From the IMG/VR virus record IMGVR_UViG_3300025848_001656, positions 1 to 28,386 of that record: 28,386 nt of DNA. One strand, given 5' to 3'. Position 1 is the stretch's first letter; each line of letters starts with the position of its first letter. Positions 1 through 6,359 of this stretch are shown piece after piece. Origin of the DNA: a virus (Duplodnaviria > Caudoviricetes). Position numbers and translations under genes: made by a program. The notes under the pieces were generated by a model. It saw only the letters and a program-made list of their open reading frames with translations. It was not told where the DNA came from and did not search any database.

Positions 1-42
1 CCTCCGATGCTGCCGCAGGTGACGCCGGAAATTATTGCGTGA
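1..42 (+). CDS. 3' end of a gene truncated by the window edge (...PPMLPQVTPEIIA*)
   Basis: Frame 1 is open from base 1 to TGA at 40-42, on the same strand as the following operon. Too short to assign. Confidence 0.4.
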   Translation, partial: PPMLPQVTPEIIA

Positions 43-63
43 AACCAGTTCGTCTTCGATAAT
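35..63 (+). promoter_or_regulatory. Candidate sigma70-type promoter (TTGCGT-N17-GATAAT)
   Basis: -35-like TTGCGT at 35-40, 17-nt spacer, -10-like GATAAT at 58-63, with ATG 72 following after 8 nt. Confidence 0.45.
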
Positions 64-71
64 TCGGCGGC

Positions 72-227
72 ATGATTACAATCGAATTATCCATCGAACA
101 AGCGCAGCAACTGGCTCAACTCATCGAGATCGCTATCAAAGCCGGAGGGATTCCGAACGCAAAAGTCGGCGTCCCTCTCTTTGAGAAAATCGAACAAGCC
201 GTAAGAAATTCACAGAGCAATGGCTGA
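72..227 (+). CDS. Small helical phage protein, 51 aa (MITIELSIEQAQQLAQLIEIAIKAGGIPNAKVGVPLFEKIEQAVRNSQSNG)
   Basis: Translated by hand (below the ORF-track cutoff). It fills the gap and overlaps the next start by 8 nt. Confidence 0.75.
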   Translation: MITIELSIEQAQQLAQLIEIAIKAGGIPNAKVGVPLFEKIEQAVRNSQSNG

Positions 228-429
228 CGATTATCAGCACAACCTTGAACTTCGTATCGTGAGACTAGAAACCATCATCGGAGACGCCGATGCTGGCATG
301 GTGGCCGACATCCACGGCATCAAGTCTCAGATCGATAACCTTCGAGCCTTCCAATGGAAGCTCTTCGGTGCAGGGGGTGCGATTCTTGTTGTCGCCAATA
401 TTCTCGTTGAAATAGCCTTCAAGCGATGA
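220..429 (+). CDS. Small coiled-coil protein with C-terminal TM helix (XhlA/holin-like)
   Basis: Heptad-like N-terminus, then hydrophobic LFGAGGAILVVANILVEIAF and a KR tail. ATGA overlap with the next gene. Confidence 0.6.
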   Translation: MADDYQHNLELRIVRLETIIGDADAGMVADIHGIKSQIDNLRAFQWKLFGAGGAILVVANILVEIAFKR

Positions 430-602
430 ATCCGAATATCGCTTCGCTCATCCGCCACATCCTCACGGCTGCTGGCGGTTTTCTCGTCGCCAAAGGTATC
501 GCCTCCGCTGAACAGATCTCCGAGATCGTCGGAGCTTTGATCACGGTTGCCGGTATCGGCTGGTCGATCAAGAAGAACGGCAGTTCCAACAAGACCGAAT
601 AA
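426..602 (+). CDS. Putative two-TM holin, 58 aa (MNPNIASLIRHILTAAGGFLVAKGIASAEQISEIVGALITVAGIGWSIKKNGSSNKTE)
   Basis: Hand-translated. Two hydrophobic segments, an IRH.LT..GG.LV..G...WS pattern typical of small phage holins, and a charged tail. Confidence 0.7.
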   Translation: MNPNIASLIRHILTAAGGFLVAKGIASAEQISEIVGALITVAGIGWSIKKNGSSNKTE

Positions 603-608
603 TCGGTC

Positions 609-758
609 ATGCTCAACTTCCTCGCAGAACTAGCCATGAAGCTGATCGTTTGGCTTCATGGCCTTTTTTCTGCCGATAAAACAAGTGAAGACGCCAAGAA
701 ACAACCTGATCTTAAGCGCGATCTGCTCAATCGGATTGATCGGATGCACGACAAGTAG
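609..758 (+). CDS. Putative i-spanin (Rz-like), 49 aa (MLNFLAELAMKLIVWLHGLFSADKTSEDAKKQPDLKRDLLNRIDRMHDK)
   Basis: Hand-translated. N-terminal hydrophobic anchor plus a charged helix; overlaps a lipoprotein gene in another frame. Confidence 0.55.
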   Translation: MLNFLAELAMKLIVWLHGLFSADKTSEDAKKQPDLKRDLLNRIDRMHDK

Positions 759-906
759 GGTCATCTATGTGCCTCACGGCGAGCCTGTACGCCTCGCTGA
801 GACCGTGAAGGCCAAGGTTTGGGTCGTTGACTCCACCGGCAAAACGGTGCGTAGTAACAACCGCATCACCATCCATGAAGGTTGGTATGCTTTGCCAAAG
901 GACTAA
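685..906 (+). CDS. Putative o-spanin (Rz1-like) lipoprotein
   Basis: GTG at 685 (in frame with track ORF 658..906) gives a basic N-terminus, a hydrophobic stretch and lipobox LIG-C, followed by TTSRVIYVP. Confidence 0.65.
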   Translation: MKTPRNNLILSAICSIGLIGCTTSRVIYVPHGEPVRLAETVKAKVWVVDSTGKTVRSNNRITIHEGWYALPKD

Positions 907-908
907 TT

Positions 909-1073
909 ATGAGCAGCAACGCCCCATACAAAGGTGTCAGCCAGTCGCCCGCTTCGGGTTCTGGTCCATACAGGAAAACACCGACTCCGATTGCCTCGAA
1001 GCCGGTGTATGTTCCGCCGAAGGTTCCCTCTGGTTCCGGTCCTTACGGTTCCGGCCCCTATCGAGGTCGCTAA
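909..1073 (+). CDS. Small basic Pro/Ser/Gly/Tyr-rich peptide (54 aa) with GSGPY repeats
   Basis: ATG lies 2 nt after the previous stop. GSGPY occurs three times and there are no acidic residues. Confidence 0.6.
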   Translation: MSSNAPYKGVSQSPASGSGPYRKTPTPIASKPVYVPPKVPSGSGPYGSGPYRGR

Positions 1074-2263
1074 CGGCCCAATGACTTCATCACGTTGGCG
1101 ATGAAGTCCTGAGAATTCGGATTCGCGTTCGAGCTACCCGCCGGACGCGAACTTCCTTTTGAGGAGGAACTCACGCCGGGTTCGGCACCGCGATACTTCG
1201 CCAGTTCAGCTTGGAGCCGCTTGTTCACCTCGACCTGGGCGTAGAGTAGTTCGCGGTACTTCGGTGCAGCAGCAGCCCAAAGAGCGGCCTTGGCCAGGTC
1301 TTCCTCGCTGTTCTCACCATTGAATATCTGGCGGGCCAGATCCATGCGCTGCGTGAGTTCGGTGTTCCACTCCTCGTCGTTCTCGCGAGGCTCGAAGATT
1401 TCAAGAGCGCGAGCGTTCTCTGCCACCTTCGACCAGGTCTTGTTAGCCTCCTCAAGAGCAGTCTTGGTGTTGACCGATTCCTCCTCCTGATACCGCGAGC
1501 GGATCGCTTCGTAATCGCTCTTCGCCTCGTTGATCTCAGCGGATCGCTCCGACTGGATCTCCTCATGCTTGACGATCAATGCGCCAAGTTTGGCCTTCTT
1601 GGCAGGGCTAAGACCATCGACGATGTCATCGATCTGCGAGTTCCGATAATCGCTCTCAGGAGCTTTCAGGAGCGAAACAAGGCGGTCGCCATCGGTGCCG
1701 ACCAAGTTCTTGACCGAATCGAACACGCCGTTGATGCGGGATTCGTACTTCTTGACGAACTCAGGATGACGCTCGATGTCGAGAAGACGCAGACGCTCGG
1801 AAAGAGCTTCTCGTTCCTCGTTCAGCGTTTTCAGCTTAGTCTCGTAATCATCCGTAGGAGTCTTGGTCGCGTTCTTCTTGAGATCATCAAGCTGCTTCGC
1901 AAGAGCCGCCTTCTCATCCTTGATCTTGCGGAAAGCCTCTGCGGCCTTCGTGGACTTGATCGTCTCGGGGATATCCGAGTCTGGGTCAGCAGCAGGAGCA
2001 TTCTCTTCCTGCTTCTGCTTAGAAGAAAACATCAGTTCGATGTCCTTCTCAGCGCGAGACTTGGCAGGTTCGGTCGATGTCTTCTTGTTTTGAGCCGGTG
2101 CAGATTCTTTCTTGGCTGGCTTCTTGAGGTCGGCCTCGGTCACAGGACTGGCCACAGCCTCCTCGTTCGCGCTCATCTTGTTGAACGCATCAAGAATTGA
2201 ATTGCCGAAGTCCGGTGTTTCACCGGAGTTGACGATAGGCGAGTTGAGTTGATCTCCATCCAT
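1070..2263 (-). CDS. Probable capsid scaffolding protein (397 aa)
   Basis: Disordered, charged N-terminus, long E/K-rich coiled coil, low-complexity linker and short C-terminal helix; lies downstream of the portal in the head operon. Confidence 0.55.
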   Translation of the reverse strand: MDGDQLNSPIVNSGETPDFGNSILDAFNKMSANEEAVASPVTEADLKKPAKKESAPAQNKKTSTEPAKSRAEKDIELMFSSKQKQEENAPAADPDSDIPETIKSTKAAEAFRKIKDEKAALAKQLDDLKKNATKTPTDDYETKLKTLNEEREALSERLRLLDIERHPEFVKKYESRINGVFDSVKNLVGTDGDRLVSLLKAPESDYRNSQIDDIVDGLSPAKKAKLGALIVKHEEIQSERSAEINEAKSDYEAIRSRYQEEESVNTKTALEEANKTWSKVAENARALEIFEPRENDEEWNTELTQRMDLARQIFNGENSEEDLAKAALWAAAAPKYRELLYAQVEVNKRLQAELAKYRGAEPGVSSSSKGSSRPAGSSNANPNSQDFIANVMKSLGR

Positions 2264-2275
2264 AGGTTTTATTTC

Positions 2276-2599
2276 TTAATACTGCTTTTCAAATGTTGCT
2301 TCTGGTTCCTTGACCACTTCATTTGCCGACAATTTGCGAAGGTTTTCAAGACAATGCGCGTAGCCAGCGGTTACACCGGCAGCAAAAATGATGTCAGATT
2401 CTTTTGATCCGTGTCCCGGCATCGGTATTGGCATCGATTCCGCAACGATACGCAGAGCCATTCGCATGATCGGGTTGGAGACGATTCGAGCTAGTTCTGC
2501 GTTCTGACCATCAGAGATCCATTGGGAGAGATTGATCTCCGGCAGGTTCATCAAGTCCTTCGGTTCGCTCTTCGTTGAGCCTTTCAGCCATTTTATCAT
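2276..2599 (-). CDS. Small head-module protein (portal-scaffold intervening type)
   Basis: 107-aa helical ORF immediately upstream of the scaffold candidate. The start may be one of two Met codons. Confidence 0.55.
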   Translation of the reverse strand: MIKWLKGSTKSEPKDLMNLPEINLSQWISDGQNAELARIVSNPIMRMALRIVAESMPIPMPGHGSKESDIIFAAGVTAGYAHCLENLRKLSANEVVKEPEATFEKQY

Positions 2600-3878
2600 G
2601 TAGTGTCTTCTTCTTTCTGTTCTTGTGGAGTTTGGGAATCGGATCGATCACATCGCTGAATCGCGGCGGTCGCTGTGCGTTGACGACATCTTTCTTCGGT
2701 CGAATCACCTTTGTGATCTCAAGCAGATCGGCATACGGAATTCGGATGTAACCACAGTCCACATCGTTGATGCCGTAGGTCACGACAACCTGAGATTTGT
2801 TCGATTCGTAAAAAGCACCGCACGGGAACACGACCGCCGGTAGTCCCGGCCACCAATCCTGCTGGTTTGTTCCAGTCAGGATCGGCATCGAGGTCATGCG
2901 AACAATGCGGAACGGTGCCTTCGCCTCGAAAGCGTATGCACCCATGTAATAACGCCGCTTGTTGGCGATCCACGGCAAGCTGCTGTGGAAGAAGGTCCAG
3001 TACATCCCGTCGATCAGGATCGGGTTGGTGCCGCCTCGAACCTCGCCAAACTTGTAGAACGGATTGAACTCGTCCGTCGTGTACTCCTCCTCCTTCTCAA
3101 GGCGACCGTTGAATCGAACCACCTTGTGAGGATTGGCCGAATAGATCATGTGCGGAGCGTTGTCATGGACGAACCACAGCCAGTTCTTCTCGTGACCATC
3201 GTTGACCATCGCCTGGGCGTTGTTGTTGCCGTAGAGCGGATCGAATCGGGCGACATTGTGGAAGTGCTTGTCCAAGAGGAACATCCCTTGGTGGGCGTAG
3301 CTCTTGAACGGAATGAACGTGCAGCAGCTCAGGCCGTACTTGTCTCCGAATCGGACGACGCGAGGGTCTTCAAACTGCTCGTTCGGATAATGCGAGTTGA
3401 GCGTTATGAGAGCCTTCTTGGTGGCCCGCAGATCACGCGAAAGCTCGAACATCACGATGTCGTTCTTCTCGATGTAGACATCCTCGTCCTTCTCGCGCTT
3501 GTTGCGGCAGCGACGAGCAAAAAATGTGATCCGTCCATCTGCTTCCTGAATGATGGCTGGATTGAAGTAATAGGTGCCTGTCTCCTGCGGGAGAACGATT
3601 TTGCCGACCTCCCAATCCACCTGATCCTTGAGAGGCGGAACGTCATTCTTTGCGTAGCTCATCAGGAATTCGGCTGCGAATTTGTTTTCGTCGTATAGGG
3701 CCAGCCAATGGTCGCGTTCCTCACGCAGTTCTTTGAGATGTTCCTCATGTTCTTTGGTTCGGATATCGAGCGTTTTGCGAAGGTCTTCGATCTGCATGAG
3801 AAGGTCAGCCGGGCCATCCCCGCCGTTGGCAAACCGTCGAAGTGCTTTGATGCTTAATTCACGGATGATGTCTCTCAT
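2511..3878 (-). CDS. Five-bladed beta-propeller carbohydrate enzyme (GH130 / beta-mannosyltransferase-like) with N-terminal coiled coil
   Basis: Motifs YFNPAI, EDPRVV, EKNW, RGGT, FFHS, YYMGAY, VVFPCG and YGIND match the GH130/DUF377-type propeller pattern. Confidence 0.8.
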   Translation of the reverse strand: MRDIIRELSIKALRRFANGGDGPADLLMQIEDLRKTLDIRTKEHEEHLKELREERDHWLALYDENKFAAEFLMSYAKNDVPPLKDQVDWEVGKIVLPQETGTYYFNPAIIQEADGRITFFARRCRNKREKDEDVYIEKNDIVMFELSRDLRATKKALITLNSHYPNEQFEDPRVVRFGDKYGLSCCTFIPFKSYAHQGMFLLDKHFHNVARFDPLYGNNNAQAMVNDGHEKNWLWFVHDNAPHMIYSANPHKVVRFNGRLEKEEEYTTDEFNPFYKFGEVRGGTNPILIDGMYWTFFHSSLPWIANKRRYYMGAYAFEAKAPFRIVRMTSMPILTGTNQQDWWPGLPAVVFPCGAFYESNKSQVVVTYGINDVDCGYIRIPYADLLEITKVIRPKKDVVNAQRPPRFSDVIDPIPKLHKNRKKKTLHDKMAERLNEERTEGLDEPAGDQSLPMDL

Positions 3879-4477
3879 CGTTTTTTGTACACACGGGTTT
3901 TTCCATTCTCCAGATACGTTACATGATCAAACTTAAATGGTATGAGTTCTTGAACGAGCTTCATGGTCTCCCAGTTCGCATCGTCCATGATGAAGTAACC
4001 ACCAGATTTGATGCGAGGAGTCCAAGCAACGACATCGCGGCACGAATCCCACTCGGTGTGCGCTCCGTCTAGATGCAGAATATCGATGGAATTTTCGGAG
4101 AACTTGAATGAACCATCCCAAGATGTCTCGCGCATGACGCGAAGATTCGCATCAAGTTCAAGATGCCTGAAGTTACGGAGAAAATTGTTGTAGATGGAGT
4201 CGAGTTCCCATTGCCGTTCTCCAAGATTCTTGCCGTAACCATTCTCATCCATTGCCGCTTCACTCCACGGATCGACGGCGAACACCTTGCACGGATGATC
4301 GATAGAAGCCGCGCAAAAGCTGGCCAGACTTAGGCCCTTCCACACGCCAACTTCAACAACGATCTCGGGTTTGATCTGGAGGACAAGATCGTACATATAT
4401 CGACTCTTTTCCTCGTAGGTCCAACCTTCAAGTTTTGAGCGAGCTTCGAGTACTTTTTCCCAGGTGGTGTTAGGCAT
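3875..4477 (-). CDS. Class I SAM-dependent methyltransferase (Methyltransf_24-like, probable sugar O-methyltransferase)
   Basis: Motifs VEVGVWKGLS, AVDPW, IDILHLDGAH and GGYFIMDD. Confidence 0.88.
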   Translation of the reverse strand: MPNTTWEKVLEARSKLEGWTYEEKSRYMYDLVLQIKPEIVVEVGVWKGLSLASFCAASIDHPCKVFAVDPWSEAAMDENGYGKNLGERQWELDSIYNNFLRNFRHLELDANLRVMRETSWDGSFKFSENSIDILHLDGAHTEWDSCRDVVAWTPRIKSGGYFIMDDANWETMKLVQELIPFKFDHVTYLENGKTRVYKKR

Positions 4478-5105
4478 AAGACATTGTGCTTTGATCGCCG
4501 TTTTGTGTGGCGAGGGGTGGAACCAAAGAGTAGTGAGCGAGAGTCGTCAGGCTTCGTTTCTGAAGCTGGATGTCGATGGGTGCATACATCCTTTCGTTGG
4601 TTTCGATGATGTGCGCCAACGCAGATTTCTTTACGAGGTAAGCGTGTGTGCAGAGCGGAGCAAAACTCGAATAGACAATGTTCTCTCGAACCACCGTGTA
4701 GTCGTTGCGAAGGCAGCAGTGGCCAACAAAGACAAACTGCCAGTCTTCAGGCAATCGCTGGATGGTATTCATCAACTTCTCCTTGAACCCATCACAAAGC
4801 TGAACGTCATCCTCGACGATCAGGAAGTAATCGTCTGGAAGGTATTGAGCGATACGCCAGATGACGTAGTGAGAAAGAGAGCAACCAAGAACAGGCTGAG
4901 AAATTCTGTATGGAGGCCCATCTTCCGGCTGCCAGTTTGGCTTGTCGTCAAGGTACGCAAGTTTGGTCTTGAGACCCATTTTGGAAGCGTGGATTGCGTC
5001 AAAAAGATGGAACTCAATTCCATTGTCACGCAGGTGTTTTGAAACCTTTTCTCTACGCTCAGTCGCTGACTTCAGAGAAACGCAAAATGTTGTTGGGAAC
5101 TTCAT
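4470..5105 (-). CDS. Glycosyltransferase family 25
   Basis: CVSL....ERR, FDAI, GCSLSH..IW, IVEDDV, THAYLV and PID motifs of LgtB/Lex2B-type enzymes. Confidence 0.88.
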   Translation of the reverse strand: MKFPTTFCVSLKSATERREKVSKHLRDNGIEFHLFDAIHASKMGLKTKLAYLDDKPNWQPEDGPPYRISQPVLGCSLSHYVIWRIAQYLPDDYFLIVEDDVQLCDGFKEKLMNTIQRLPEDWQFVFVGHCCLRNDYTVVRENIVYSSFAPLCTHAYLVKKSALAHIIETNERMYAPIDIQLQKRSLTTLAHYSLVPPLATQNGDQSTMSYA

Positions 5106-5662
5106 GCGATCAAGATTGCCGACTTGTTGAATCCTCCGATGTTGAACATTTTCAAGAGCTTAGCTTTCGGCCAGTAAAGAGCGTTGAACGGCCTGTATCC
5201 ACCAGATGAAACATCTGGGTTGGAATTAGAGTGGTCGTTTACGACAAGAACCGATTTATGCTTTGAAACAGACCGAAGAATTCTGTCACACTCGTCGTTC
5301 GGCAAATGCTGAAGCACATCCTTGATGTGAACAAAATCGTAGATGTCGGTGACGGATTCAACGTCGTCGTTTGAAAGATCGGCTCCTTCAGGAGCGCGCG
5401 TCTTGGCAAGCTCGACTGCTTTGACGCTGACGTCGATCCCTTTGTATTTGATGCCTGATAGATCTAACTGGCTTGCAAGCTGCCAGTCGCCGCAACCGAC
5501 ATCGAGGAACGACTTGACTCCAAGCTCCCTGATCAGGTCGTTGACGAACGCAACATACTCGACCGTGTTCGATTTGAATGATCCAGGTCCAGATCCCCCG
5601 TGCCACTTATCCCCGATGTAAATGTCATCAAAGATACTTTGAAGCGTGTTCGCAGTAGACAT
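5102..5662 (-). CDS. Class I SAM-dependent methyltransferase
   Basis: F..IY...W..GSGPGS N-terminus, LDVGCGDW (motif I), YKGIDVS and KDVLQHL. Confidence 0.88.
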   Translation of the reverse strand: MSTANTLQSIFDDIYIGDKWHGGSGPGSFKSNTVEYVAFVNDLIRELGVKSFLDVGCGDWQLASQLDLSGIKYKGIDVSVKAVELAKTRAPEGADLSNDDVESVTDIYDFVHIKDVLQHLPNDECDRILRSVSKHKSVLVVNDHSNSNPDVSSGGYRPFNALYWPKAKLLKMFNIGGFNKSAILIA

Positions 5663-6359
5663 CTTCTTTTTTGCTTATGATTTCGTCGGTCAACGAATTC
5701 ATTTTCTCCGTATGGTACGACCTCCAAAGGTGCGCGATGACGCAACCATCCAAAGAATATTTGTTTTCCCAATATTTTCCCGACTCGCAATGAATGAACC
5801 CAAGCATCTCGAAATCCACGACCTTGCAAAGGCCGGGGTTTTCGATGTGCAACTGCCAAGGGTATTGGACAGAAGTCTCATTCCAACCCGTTCCATCAAA
5901 CTCCTGCCACTTCTGAAGCCACTTCCACTGAAATTGACTGTGCATCCGCGAGTACATGATCGCGTTGCATAGGCCAATGGTTCCTTCGCCACAGAACTCC
6001 CGACCGATTACCGTATCGTGGTCGAGCCATTCTTTGGGATACGGTGCAAGCGTGATGGTGTCGGTATCGCAGTAAACTCCACCCATCGCGTACAACACAG
6101 AGTGCCGTATCAAATCAGCGCGATGCTGATGGCGATTGATCATCTTCCCATTCCATGTCTGGAAGTTTTCAACCGGAATGATCCGAACCGGAGTCGAATC
6201 CTTCAGCTTCTTCCAGTGATCACCCTTTGGCTCCTCTGGACACCAAAGGTAAAGGTTCCAGTCAGGATTGTTGACATGAGCAGACCGAATCGCGATCCGG
6301 TCGCAGATATGGAACCCATCGTTATGAAGGCCGTGGACAAAATGGATATTGTTCGTCAC
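5628..6359 (-). CDS. Glycosyltransferase, GT32/Och1-like DXD sugar-binding family
   Basis: IHFV, NPDW, ADLIR..LY..GGVYCDTD (DXD), NAIM and HLW motifs. GTG start overlaps the portal stop. Confidence 0.88.
   Translation of the reverse strand: MTNNIHFVHGLHNDGFHICDRIAIRSAHVNNPDWNLYLWCPEEPKGDHWKKLKDSTPVRIIPVENFQTWNGKMINRHQHRADLIRHSVLYAMGGVYCDTDTITLAPYPKEWLDHDTVIGREFCGEGTIGLCNAIMYSRMHSQFQWKWLQKWQEFDGTGWNETSVQYPWQLHIENPGLCKVVDFEMLGFIHCESGKYWENKYSLDGCVIAHLWRSYHTEKMNSLTDEIISKKEDVYCEHASKYL

Noticed and set aside
419-637. 72-aa minus-strand ORF from the track
   Set aside because: It is antisense to the better-supported holin-like gene at 426-602.
5583-5603. GSGP in the methyltransferase resembling the GSGPY repeats of the 909-1073 peptide
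   Set aside because: It is part of that methyltransferase family's SG.GS motif; a four-residue low-complexity match is likely coincidence.
3875-5662. The two methyltransferases as DNA methyltransferases or a restriction-modification system
   Set aside because: No DPPY/NPPY or PC catalytic motifs; the motifs and GT neighbours fit small-molecule or sugar methylation.
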